The notes: generated by a model not told the origin, from the letters alone. A stretch of 64,000 nt of DNA from Octopus vulgaris (GCA_951406725.2 OX597827.1:72168001-72232000), one strand, 5' to 3'. Counted from the stretch's first letter, positions 51,280 through 62,738 are shown. Numbers and translations: made by a program.

Positions 51280-52804
51280 GTAACGTACAGATTTTTCTCT
51301 CTTTCTCTCTCATTACTCTGTCTTTCTTTTTTTCTTTCCTTCCCTTTAACATTATCTCACTCTCCTCTCTCTCTCACTCCCACTTTTCACCCTTCTCCCC
51401 ACTTTATCTCTAGATTCCTTTCTCTCTCTCTTCTTTATCTGTTTCTCTATCTTCCTCTCTCTCTCTCTCTCTCTCTCGTTTCTCTTTTCATCTTTCTCAG
51501 CATTTCTCTTTTTTTCTATCCAACTCTCTGCCTTTCTTTTTCCTTCTATGACCAATTCGATGACTGGCATCCGTGCTAGCGAGGTGCAAAGAGCACCATA
51601 CGAGTGTGATCATTGACAGAGCGGCTAATCGCCTTCCATGCCAGTAGCACGTAAAAAGCATCATTCGAGTGTGATCGTTACCAGCATCACCTTACTGGCA
51701 CTCGAGCCCCATATTAGTAGGGTGCTAAGAGCACCATCCGAACGTGATCGTTGCCAGAGCGGCTAACCGGCTTCCGTGCCGGTGGCACATGAAAGGCACC
51801 ATGCGAGCGTGGTGGCATGTATAAAAAGATTCAAGCAAGGTCGTTGCCAGTATTGCCTTACCGGCCCCCGTGCTAGTGGCATGTAAAAGCACCCACTACA
51901 CTCTCGGAGTGGTTGGTGTTAGGAAGGGCATCCAGCTGTAGAAACTCTGCCAGATCAAGATTGGAGCCTGGTGCAGCCATCTGGTTCGCCAGCCCTCAGT
52001 CAAAATCGTCCAACCCATGCTAGCATGGAAAGCGGACATTAAACGGTGATGATGATGTATCTATCTCTCTGTCTCTTAAATTCTTCTCTTCAAATCTCTA
52101 AACTAATCTAACTTTGTGCACATTGTGTATGCATCTTGTGTGATCATCTGAAACAACTTGTAATTCTCTCAGTTAATCCTTTAATCCTGCTTCACATACT
52201 TTCATCATCATCATCATCATTTAACGTCTGCTTTCCATGCTAGCATGGGTTAGACGGTTCAACTGGGGTCTGGGGAGCCCGAAGGCTGCACCAGGCCAGT
52301 CAGATCTGGCAGTGTTTCTACAGCTGGATGCCCTTCCTAATGCCAACCACTCCGAGAGTGTAGTGGGTGATTTTATGTGCCACCGACACAGGTGCCAGAC
52401 GAGGCTGGCAGACAGCCACGCTCGGATGGTGTTTTTATGTGCCACCGACACAGGTGCCAGATGAGGCTGGCGAACGGCCACGATCGGATGGTGTTTGTTA
52501 CGTGCCCACAGCACGGAGGCCAGTCGATGCGGTACTGGCTACGGCCACGTTCGGATGGTTTTCTTGTGTGCCACCGGCACTGGTACCACAAAGATACAAA
52601 TTCCATTGATGTTCATCTATTTCGATTTGATTTGATTTGATTTTCACAATAATAATATTAATAATAACAATGATGATGATGACAATGATGTTTTTTCCTC
52701 TCTTCTGTGTTTTTCTTTAGATTACCATTCTGGGTGCCAAACTGTTTCTTACTCATTTCCACTTTTTCTTTTCAATTCTTTGTGAACCCTACAAACTTTG
52801 TCAG

Positions 52805-52981
52805 GTCTTGCCCGGCTACCTTTGTTGAACAGTTATGCTCGAACACCACCCCTTGTCTGGAAGATGGGCTGGATGCCCTCACCAAGTGGGGAGATGCGGA
52901 CCAAGTTACCTCCATTACCGTTAGACTATCTGCTGGACAAGGAAGTCCTGAAAGAGTTTGTCTTCAGAGTCAATTCTTTAG
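52805..52981 (+). CDS. HTT: HTT exon 35
   Basis: tgtcag|...G|gtttg; LARLPLLNSYARTPPLVWKMGW...KEVLKEFVFRVNSL. Confidence 0.96.
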
Positions 52982-53013
52982 GTTTGTTAACATATTATTA
53001 TTATTATTATTAT

Positions 53014-54442
53014 TTTATCTTTGACTTTTGCTTTGCATTTGTACAAGTTGGCTCCAAGTCTCACCCAGAGACCTCAAGAGACAACAAGTTAGAAGTTCCT
53101 GTTGGTGTTATGCCTAGGGTGCCATATATTTGGTTTTGTACATAGTGCTGTTCTAGAGAATGTTTAACCCTTCCGTTACCAAACCGCCCGAAAAAAATTT
53201 TGGTTAATGTGACCAAACTGCCCAAAGCCGCCCGAATTTACCTATTCATATTTAAATGAGAATATCAGAGCAAATCTCTTTAGTACATTCGTGAAAATAC
53301 GTATTATACTTTGTAAAGAGTTCAACTACAGTTTTGTACAAAAATCGAAGTGTAATTTTAATTCCGTGAATTTTGGGAGATTTTTTTCCGAAATTTGTTC
53401 CTATTGTGTTTTCAAAATTTGTAATTCTGACAAAAAATGGATACGAATTTCATTATATCAAGCAGCAAGTCAGAATTCGAAGGATTTTCTTCTGAAGACC
53501 TTCATAAATCTAACTCTATGACTGGAAAAAAAAAGCATGTGGTATTTGATAATGAATCTGATGTTTCATTTTCCAAAAATGAAAACAGTGAATCCGAGAG
53601 CTCCGACAGCGATAAAGAAAATGAATTGGCACCTGAATGGAGTGAAAATTTAAAAACTGTTTCTTTCGGTGATTTTTCTGAAGAAACTGGACCAAGCCAC
53701 AGACTTTCCCAAAAGAGTAAAGCTTTAGACTATTTCTTTTTACTTTTTCGAATGAGCCTATTTGAAATCATTACGGCGGAAACGAACCGTTATGCTAAAT
53801 GTAAACAAAATGAAAGAAAGGATAGTTAGTGGTTTCCCATAACCTTAAATGAAATTAAGACTATTTTGCCATAAATATTATTATGGGTATCAGAAAGTTA
53901 CCCATAATAACAAATTCTATCATAAAATTTTGTTGTATACCTAATTGAATATTAGCTAATAACCCATTTTCTATAGCGATGTTTGAACAAAATTTTAATA
54001 ATTTTATATGTTGTTGAATTTACCTGTTTCTACCTGCAATTAGAGTCACTTTGTGACAAAAATTATAGTATAGAATTGGTTGAGAACATTTCATTAAATT
54101 ATCTTCCAAAATTCACGTTAAGATATTGATAAATAAAAAAGTTATAGTTGTTTAATGAAACCAGACTAAATTTATGATTATGTTAGAAATTAATTGAAAC
54201 ACATAAGGGGTGTATTTTGGTCAGAAATATAGTAACGAAAGGGTTAAGAAACCATAAGAAAATTATGTTTGTTTTAAAATATGAGATTACATAGACAGTA
54301 TTTTACGTAGGATATGGGCAGTTCCCATGTGCACTATCTTTTGAATTTCTGCCATTTTGGGGTTTCCTGGTATCCGAGCTAGGCAGGAATCAGCCCCTTT
54401 TGCTACCATTTCTAGGGCACCTATGACAACAGGAATTGTTTT
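53014..54442 (-). mobile_element. 5'-truncated R4/Dong-clade (restriction-like endonuclease) non-LTR retrotransposon, split by a piggyBac insertion
   Basis: KTIPVVIGALEMVAKG...IQKIVHMGTAHILRKILSM* at 54287-54440 is an RLE C-terminal signature; (TAA)n tracts on both flanks. Confidence 0.75.
53168..54243 (+). mobile_element. Internally deleted piggyBac transposon with N-terminal transposase relic (53437-53900)
   Basis: TTAA on both sides, TIRs CCCTTCCGTTAC / GTAACGAAAGGG; acidic N-terminus then F.EETGP...LDYFFLLF...ETNRYA...W.P.T..EIK...IIMGIRKLP, with stop and frameshift. Confidence 0.85.
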
Positions 54443-54524
54443 ATTATTATTATTATTATTATTAAGGTGGCAAGCTGGTATTTTGCTGTTTGTGTTTTTG
54501 ATGAATACTCTTCGTCTCTTATAG

Positions 54525-54622
54525 GTTGGATTAGTCGACAACAGTTTGAAGAAACCTGGATGAGTTTGTTGGGTGTGGTTAGTTCTGCACCCTCCATGGA
54601 AGAGGAACATCTTTCTCCTGAG
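54525..54622 (+). CDS. HTT: HTT exon 36
   Basis: ttatag|...GAG|gtggg; WISRQQFEETWMSLLGV...SPE. Confidence 0.96.
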
Positions 54623-54719
54623 GTGGGTCCTTTTTTTTTTTTTAATATGTCTCCAAGAATTTTTGACTTGTTAAACCCTTTAGCATTCAGATGAGTTTTT
54701 TTTCAAATGTAATACTTAT

Positions 54720-55092
54720 TTATTACCTCCGCCTTAGCGAAGGCAGAGGTATTGTTTTTAATCATGTTTGTTTGTTGGTCTGTGGACAAGATATCTCAAG
54801 AAGCCCTGAATGGATTCGGATGAAACTTTCAGAGATGTTTGGCCTTGTGACTGGCACAAACTGATTAGATTTTGGGATCGATCCGGTACTGGATGAGGAT
54901 TCTGAATTATTTTTCCTGCTATTTTTTTTGTTACTTAATTTTTGAGAGCAGTTGGTTTCATTTTTAGTATTCCCATTTGTGAGAGCAGTCGAATTTATTT
55001 CAGATATTCTCATTTAAGAAAATCATCTCTGGCTAGTCATTGAGAGGACGTTGGTGTTGCCTTGGCAGAGGTTTGTGTCCTCTGAGTGCTTT
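54720..55092 (+). mobile_element. Helentron-associated (HINE/DINE-1-like) element nested in a piggyBac MITE
   Basis: Sub-terminal inverted repeats ACCTCCGCC / GGCAGAGGT, (GTTT)n after the 5' IR, 3' short hairpin, T-rich insertion site. Confidence 0.65.
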
Positions 55093-55567
55093 TGTTCATC
55101 TTGTTTTCACTTAATCATGCATTGTCTCATAGCTTTGAGATTTCGATTATGGGATTATTTACTTTTAGCATGACATTGTAGGGTAGGTGTGAGAGACTGG
55201 ATAAAGCCAGTTTAAATGCCGAAAGGTTAAATGTAAAAGAAAACTGAACATTTTGAATTTAAAATTCGAGGGTCGTTTAGTATTTTAAGCATCACAGCCA
55301 GAGTATTGAGTACTACTGCCATTACTGCTGTTACTATTACCAATGATAATATGATTATAACAGTTTTAAAGTGGTGTGCTGGCAGAATCATTAGGATGCT
55401 GGACAAAATGCTGAATGGCATTTCATCTGTCTTTGTGTTCTGAGGTTGAACTTGCCTTTCATCCTTTCGGGGTCTATAACATAAGTACCAGTTGTGTATT
55501 GGGTTCGACCTACCCTCTGACCTGAAATTGCTGGCCTTGCACCATAATTTGAAATTGCCATTATTAT

Positions 55568-55675
55568 AGCTGCTGCTGCTACTACTACTACTACTGCTGC
55601 TACTACTACTACTACTACTGCTGCTGCTGCTACTAGCTACTACTGCTGCTGCTGTACTACTATTTACTACTACTT

Positions 55676-55706
<31 letters not shown>
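55568..55706. repeat. (CTA/CTG)n microsatellite
   Basis: Directly visible. Confidence 0.9.
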
Positions 55707-55815
55707 ATTTTATCTGATGCTCTATTGCTAATGCCAAACCACCCATCTTTTTATATTTAAGACTATCAAAAAGCTGGTTCATGTTTATTGTTTATCTTTC
55801 TCTTTTTCATTTCAG

Positions 55816-55970
55816 GAAGAAATGGAAAGATCACAAGCAATGGTTTTGGCTGTGAAAGCTATAACATCCTTATTAGTACAATCTATGTTGACACCTTCTC
55901 CTGGCAATCCTTCTAACAGTCGCTATGAAATGGCCCCACGGGATAAACCTTTAGCATTTCTCCATACAAA
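55816..55970 (+). CDS. HTT: HTT exon 37
   Basis: tttcag|...AA|gtaag; EEMERSQAMVLAVKAITSLL...PGNP...PRDKPL. Confidence 0.95.
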
Positions 55971-56125
55971 GTAAGTGTTGAATAATAATAATTATTATTA
56001 TTTATTGTTTTGAAAAGTTTTCCTTGTTTTCTTTTTTAATTTTATACCTATGTTCTTTTCTTGGCACATAAAAAGCAGTGGTGCTGGTGCCACATGAAGC
56101 CCCCAGTTGACAATTGACAAGTCCC

Positions 56126-56650
56126 TTAATCCTTTCGTTACCAACCTGGCTCTGAGTACAAATGTCTTGTTTGCATAAGTTTTGAATTAAAATCTTCCAC
56201 CAAACCTTAGTCACAATTTATGTTCCTAACACTAGCTTAATGATAACTAAGTTATTTTACTAAATTCTTTGTTATATTTAAAATTAATTGAAAGAAACAC
56301 AGAGCATCTCAAAATAAACACAGTAATGAAAGGGTTAAAATATATAATAGAGAAATAATTCTTAACTGTTTTGATACCAACCCAGCTGAAACCGCCTCTG
56401 GCTCTGTGTACAAATGTCTTGTTTTCATAAGTTTTGAATTAAAATCTTCCACCAAACCTTAGTCACAATTTATGTTCCTAACACTAGCTGAATGATAACT
56501 AAGTTATTTTACTAAATTCTTTGTTATATTTAAAATTAATTGAAAGAAACACAGAGCATCTCAACAGAAATATGGTAACAAAAGGGTTAAAATATATAAT
56601 AGAGAAACAATTCTTAACCCTTTTGATACCAACCTGGCTGAAACCAGCTC
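56126..56650. mobile_element. piggyBac-type MITE (family B), ~2.2 tandem copies; others at 31810-32029, 62840-63067, 28880-29380 (interrupted)
   Basis: TTAA-CCCTTT..TTAC termini shared with the 53168-54243 element. Confidence 0.8.
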
Positions 56651-56846
56651 TACTTTTCATCCTTTTGGGGTCTATAAATTAAGTACCAGTTGAGGCACAG
56701 GGATCAAAGTAATCGACTAGTCCCCTCCCACCAAATTCCAGGCCTTGTGCTTATAGTAGAAAGGTTTATTAATGTTTACATTTCGTGTCCCAGTTCTCCA
56801 CAATCAAACCTTTTAAAACTTTTATATAAAACCAATCTCATTTCAG

Positions 56847-56915
56847 ATGTGGGAAGAAGCTTGCCACACTCCGTGGCTTCATTGAACAACACATACAGCG
56901 TATATGCAGCTCAAA
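56847..56915 (+). CDS. HTT: HTT exon 38
   Basis: tttcag|...AA|gtaag; CGKKLATLRGFIEQHIQ, cf. human FGRKLSIIRGIVEQEIQ. Confidence 0.93.
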
Positions 56916-56982
56916 GTAAGAGAGAATTCTTTTATTTTTTAACCAAATTTTGTGTGTGGCTGACTCTATATTCTTACTTATG

Positions 56983-57214
56983 AAGGCGGCGAGCTGGCAG
57001 AAAAGTTAGCACGCCGGGCGAAATGCGTTGCCGTATTTCGTCTGCTGTTACGTTCCGAGTTCAAATTCCGCCGAGGTCGACTTTGCCTTTCATCCTTCCG
57101 GGGTCGATAAATTAAGTACCAGTTACGCACTGGGTCGATGTAATCGACTTAATCCGTTTGTCTGTCCTTGTTTGTCTCCTCTGTGTTTAGCCCCTTATGG
57201 GCAGTAAAGAAATA
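56983..57214 (+). mobile_element. tRNA-derived SINE family 2 (central domain resembling the MetaSINE/Sauria-type GTCGACTTTGCCTTTCATCCTT...GGTCGATAAA...AGTACCAG), young copy with TSD
   Basis: Head GGCGGCGAGCTGGCAG, B-box GAGTTCAAATTCC; 15-bp TSD TATATTCTTACTTAT (56967-56981 / 57215-57229). Confidence 0.88.
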
Positions 57215-58616
57215 TATATTCTTACTTATCTTGATATGTGTGCACTGCTTGTGAACAACATTTTCACTAGTAAAGATTGTTTGCCAACATAATATGGCAG
57301 TCCTGGTTTTGGACTAATGTTACTGTAATTCACCCCCAGGAGACATCGTCTCCAGCTGGCTGTACGACACGATCTGTGTCTTTATATTTTCGAACAAGGG
57401 ACACAGATCATGTTGTATAGCCAGCTGGAGACAATGTCTCCTGGGGCTAAATTACAGGACTGCCATGTTAAGTTGGCAAACAATCTTTACTCCAAAGTAC
57501 TGTTGCTGAATATCTCTCATTGTGAGATTTAAAAATAGTAATTTTCTAATTTATAGATCAGTTGACTAGTTGTCACTTTGAAAACTATATATTTCAAACG
57601 AGAATTCGGCAGCACCACCTCTAGCCGAGCAATTATTCCGTGCTGATGAAGGGAAATAACCTGGAAATAGTGATACACAGATATTGTTTTGAGCTGAGCG
57701 GGGTTGCTAGATTCCCTTGTTTGCAAATATAAGGACATAGATTGTGTTGTATAGCCAGCTGGAGACAATGTCTCCTGGGGCTTAGTCCTAAACCAGGACT
57801 ACCATGTTATGTTGGCAAACAATCTTTACTACAAAGCACTGTTGCTGAATATCTCACGTTGTGAAATTTAAAAATAGTAATTTTCTAAAATTTTCACTGT
57901 TCGCTCCAACAGTGTTATTCGCAATCCTCTGTGAAAGCTTGTTGTTCAGTAAACCAAAGGATTATTACTTTGCTTAGACTCAAGCGAGGTTTTGGTGTCA
58001 GGAAGGGCATCTGGCTGTAGAAAAGGTTGTCTCAGCGAAGTCTCATCTGATCCATGCAAGCATGATGTTACCCATGCTGGTTGATGATGATGATGATGTA
58101 GCTAGGTGTCACTTACTACTAACCTGGTGCCTATAGATTGCTGGGAGGCCTTTTGCTCTAACAGCCATTACCAATGACTCACTTGGACTGTGGCCATGCT
58201 GGGGCTCCAGCGTGAAGCATTTTTAGTCGAATGAATCAACTCTAGTACTTATTCTATTGGTGTCTTTTGCCGAACTGCTAAGTAACAGAGATGTAAACAT
58301 ACCAACATCTGTTGTCAAGTGGTGATGAGGGATAAAGACACACACACACTCACAAACACACACTCACACACACGCACATGCACACGCACACACACACACA
58401 CACACACACAGAGGCTTCTTTCAGTTTCTGTCTACCAAATCCACTCACAAAGCTTTGGTTGGCATGGGGCTATAGTAGAAGGCACTTGCCCAAGGTGTCA
58501 CACACACACACATAGTGGGACTGAACCCACAATCATGTGGTTGGGAAGCAAACGTCTTCTTACCACGCAACCACACCTGCACCTACATTATCTTTTTTTT
58601 TTTTTTTGCCCTCTAG

Positions 58617-58731
58617 TCCTGTGAGCAGTAATTCCAGTTCCAGAAATGGCCACCCTGATTCATCCTTCCTTCAGATGCTTGAGGTAAATCTTGAGAGAGA
58701 AATCGGAGAAGAAGAACTGATGCTTGGCCAG
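58617..58731 (+). CDS. HTT: HTT exon 39
   Basis: ctctag|...CAG|gtcag; LEVNLEREIGEEELMLGQ, cf. human LQINPERELGSMSYKLGQ. Confidence 0.9.
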
Positions 58732-58825
58732 GTCAGTACTGCAGCAAAACACACACGTTCTGTTAGTTTCTGCCTCTTTGTTTTTCCTTTTCTCTTTCTT
58801 TCTCTCTCCTTTTGTATGATTTGCC

Positions 58826-58897
<72 letters not shown>

Positions 58898-59448
58898 ATG
58901 TGGCATCGTCCGGTTTTCTGTCCTTGTTTCGTATACATTTGATCCTTTTTCCAAGAAATCTAATGCTCGCAGCTTAGTTTTTCCTTGGGGCTGGCCGGAT
59001 CGGAGCGATATCAGGATTAATCAGCCGAAATTGCTAAGATGATCCGGTTCCTGACTGAAGATTAGAGGCTTCGAATGACCTGTCTGTTTTTTTGTGTCGT
59101 CTCTTTGTGTAGTTTGCGTTCTTGTCCCTTTTGTACATTTTATATATAAGTTTTATACATATATATATGTATATATGTATTTTTTCACTTTCTTTTCCTA
59201 TACATTTCCCTCCTTTAATTTTTAATTCTTCTCTTTTCTCTCTCTCCGTCTTTCCCTCTCTCTTCTCTTTCTCTCTCTCTCTCTCTGTCTCTTCACACAC
59301 ATCCCTTACCCTTTCGTTTAGTTTCCATACCACTCTCTCCCTCTCTTGAGTCTTTTACATTTTTATCTTTTAATTTAATTTTTTTTTTTAACTTTTACTT
59401 TTGTTATAAACGATTCCTGTCACGTTTCTTTCCTGTCCACAAAACCAG

Positions 59449-59718
59449 ATCTCCATCGATTCAATATGGACCATAGTGGGAATGCTAGAGATGAGTCTGT
59501 CCGAATCGGACAGCCCGGAGTCTATGGAGAGTCCGCCTATCCAACGTAAGAAGCAGACGCCATCGACGACAGACGGAGGCCGGGAAAGGTCAATTTCAGT
59601 CAGTGGCCTTGACATCCATTCCTGCCTTCAGTTTTTGTTGGAGCTCTATGGTCAGTGGCTTTCTCCAACTGCAAAACCAAAGCCTCCTCCGATGTTGGTC
59701 AATGCTGTGGTCAAATCA
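59449..59718 (+). CDS. HTT: HTT exon 40
   Basis: aaccag|...TCA|gtaag; ISIDSIW...GLDIHSCLQFLLELYGQW...VVKS. Confidence 0.95.
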
Positions 59719-60349
59719 GTAAGTATTGTTTATATTCACACGCTCCGCCAACACCACCACCACCACCACCACCACCTGCTCTAGAACTCACATTCTTCCT
59801 CTTCTGCCACTCGCCACCCATCCCCTCTTCCTCCAAAATGCTAACACTTTTACTCTTTTACACGTTTCAGTCATTTGAGTGCGGCCATGCTGGAGCACTG
59901 CATTTAGTCGAGCAAATCGACCCCCAGGACTTATTCTTTGGAAGCCTAGTACTTATTCTATCGGTCTCTTTTGCCGAACCGCTAAGTTACGGGGGACGTA
60001 AACACACCAGTGTCAGATACTGTGACTCAACTATTTACAAAGTGAAATCAAGTGTTTTTACGAATTTACTAACAAGATTTGTACTGAAATTCACATTTAA
60101 ATATCAATGGGTTCACTTGGCTGGCTTAGGCAGGGTTAGTCGTTTGAGCCCCAAAATTTTTTGGCCAGCTGCAGCCAGGTTGGTAACGAAAGGGTTAATC
60201 CTTTCAGAGTTGATAAAACAAGTACCAGTTGAGCATTGGGATTTCCCCTGTAATCCACTAAGACCCTCCCCCAAAATGAAAGGCCTTGAACTTGTAGTGA
60301 AAACAGTTATAATTGTTATTATTCTGCTGAGGTCTACTTTATCATGCGT

Positions 60350-60730
60350 GGAGGCGCAATGGCCCAGTGGTTAGGGCAGCGGACTCGCAGTCATAGGATC
60401 GCGGTTTCGATCCCCAGACCGGGCGTTGTGAGTGTTTATTGAGCGAAAAAACACCTAAAGCACCACGAGGCTCCGGCAGGGGATGGTGGTGATCTCTGCT
60501 GTACTCTTTCACCACAACTTTCTCTCACTCTTACTTCCTGTTTCTGTTGTACCTGTATTTCAAAGGGCCGGCCTTGTCACTCACCGTGTCATGCTGAATC
60601 TCCCCGAGAACTACGTTAAGGGTACACGTGTCTGTGGAGTGCTCAGCCACTTACACGTTAATTTCACGAGCAGGCTGTTCCGTTGATTCGGATCAACCGG
60701 AACCCTCGTCGTCGAAACCGACGGAGTGCT
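60350..60730 (+). mobile_element. tRNA(Arg)-like SINE family 3 (possibly an octopus OR-type SINE); related copies at 27120-27436(-), 45145-45460(+), 17620-17850(+)
   Basis: A box TGGCCCAGTGG, B box GGTTTCGATCCC, TCG in the anticodon-loop position; family assignment is inference. Confidence 0.75.
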
Positions 60731-60898
60731 TCCATCCCACTTTATCATGCATCCTTTTAGTGAATAAAATAAGTACCAGTTGAATACTGGGGCCAATGTA
60801 ATCGACTAAATCCTTCCCCTAAAATGTCAGGCCTTGTGCCTATTGTAGAATGAATTATTGTCCCTCTATTCCATGTCTTCTCATTTTTCTGCCAACAG

Positions 60899-61054
60899 AT
60901 TGTATGTTTGTCTGATCTCTTCACTGAACGCTTCCAGTTTGAATGGATGTTGGAAACTCTATTAGACGTGCAGAAGGTGCACCCTGCAGAAGATGAACTG
61001 GTGTTGCAATACTTGAATGTTGGTATTTGCAAATCTGCCGGTCTTGTCGGAGTT
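60899..61054 (+). CDS. HTT: HTT exon 41
   Basis: caacag|...GTT|gtacg; LSDLFTERFQFEWM...VHPAEDELVLQYL...CKSAGLVG. Confidence 0.95.
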
Positions 61055-61732
61055 GTACGTTCATTTATTTCTTCACTTGTTTTCTTTGACTTTTAATTTA
61101 AAAAAAAAAAATTTTTTTTAATTTTGAAATTTTATTTATTTTTTAAAAATTTGTCTTTCTCTTGCACCCCCCCCCCAATCACTTGTCTGATATCAGCTTC
61201 AGTTGTTGTTGAAGTCGCCTTTCTCTTTGCACTTCAGTCAAAGGCTGCACTGTGCCCAAGTTTCGGCTTTGGCATGGTTCCAGTGGCTGGATGCCCTTCA
61301 TAACATTGACAACTTTACAGAGTGTACTGGGTGCCTCTTTCGTGGCACCGACGCTATTGATAATTTATATTTAATATTAAGCCTAAAATAAGGTGGCACG
61401 CTGGCAGGATCATTAGCACACCAGGCAAAATGCTTGATGATGTCTTGTCCGTCTTTATGTTCAGAGTTCAAATTCCACTGAGGTCCACTTTGCCATTCAT
61501 CCTTTTGGGATTGATAAAGTAAATACCAGTTGAGCTTTGTGGTTGATGTAATCGACTTACCCCTCCCCACGAAATGTCAGGCCTTGTGCCTAAAGCAGAA
61601 AGGAATATTAAGTCTAAAATGAAAATTATATATTCCATAATGTATATAATGGGTCTTTCTACTATCAGATGTGAACATGATTCAGTATTTAAGTCAGTGA
61701 GGGAATCTATGAGGTGGCTTGACCTACAGCTA

Positions 61733-62105
61733 TAATAATAATAATAATAATTGTGTACAGTGCTCAGGTGCACTACAACTCATCTAAAGTGTATATATAA
61801 TCAGGTGTAGTTTCGGCGGATTTCGGAAAGCATGAGGGCCTTAAAGGATGCAGTGTCATGGCAGTCAACAACTGACGCAGGCAGTTTATTCCATGCTTCA
61901 GCAACTCTGAGCGTGAAAAAATGTTTCCGAAAGTCATGGGAGCTGTGTTGTTTTCTGACTTTGTAGGCATGTCCACGTGTGTTAGACACATGGAGATCAA
62001 AAAGGTGTTCAGTGTTGTTGTTGGTGAGGTGGCTGATAACTTTGTGGGTGTTTACCAAGTCCGTCGCCAGACGCTGGAGCTTCAGTGAATCCATGCCCAG
62101 GGAAA
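61733..62105 (-). mobile_element. 5'-truncated CR1-type LINE 3' end with (TTA)n tail
   Basis: SNTRGHAYK...RKHFFTLRVAEAWNKLPASVV...SFK is the CR1 C-terminal signature. Confidence 0.88.
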
Positions 62106-62359
62106 CAAATCAAATTAAATGTTGGCTTTATAAAAAGGCAAACACATTGGCTAATATTGTCCGTGTACACAGTAGCAAGTAAGAAAAGTGGCAGGATGGT
62201 GGTAGATGTTCTGGAATCCCTTCAATTATAGCCAACATGGGGGCTGAACATGAACATTTTATATAGAAATTCTAGTCTCTTTTCTTAACTCCTTAGACAA
62301 TTGTGTGTCATACACATAAAGAGAAGTCTTATAGACTGAACATTACACGGATCTGATCA

Positions 62360-62738
62360 TCTCTCTCTATATAAACGGCAGTTTGTCTGTGCGTGTTTCT
62401 GTGTGTCTGTTTGCTTGTACCCTCACTCTGACCACGGCTTTCAACCGATTCTGATGAAACTTAACACACACATAGCCCAATGTCATAATTCAAAACTAAC
62501 GCAGCGAAAATTTTGAAAAGTTCCCCCAGTTCTGAAAAAATCGATAAATTCGACATGGGGTCGAGAATCAGAAACCCAAACCACAGACCGTCTAGGGGAC
62601 GCAACTCCACCTTTTTTAACTCAAAAAAAATTTACCATTTTTTCCCCATTTTTTTGCTATTTTTTGGCTATAACTCTCTAAAAATGCTTTATAGTTATTT
62701 CCCTTACAAACCTGAGCAACGCCGGGCGATACTGCTAG
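62360..62738 (+). mobile_element. Non-autonomous Helitron-like element; relatives at 32231-32525, 45999-46530, 49668-50197(-)
   Basis: A|TCTCTCTCTATATAA start, 3' hairpin plus CTAG|T, no TSD. Confidence 0.75.

Larger units (their letters stand above)
1017..61054 (+). other. HTT: Huntingtin gene, partial: 41 internal coding exons, gene continues beyond both window ends
   Basis: Spliced GT-AG exons give one open frame of ~2,050 aa containing recognisable HTT motifs in colinear order ([115 protein letters not shown]). Similarity to human HTT is recalled, not aligned by tool. Confidence 0.97.

Noticed and set aside
53437-53829. Domesticated PGBD gene nested in HTT
   Set aside because: Truncated before the catalytic domain, with a stop and frameshift.
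59655-60374. 239-aa ORF as an independent gene
   Set aside because: Off-frame overlap with exon 40 followed by read-through of SINE and MITE sequence.
60350-60425. Functional tRNA gene
   Set aside because: The tRNA-like head continues into a SINE body, has no proper acceptor stem, and has multiple degenerate copies.
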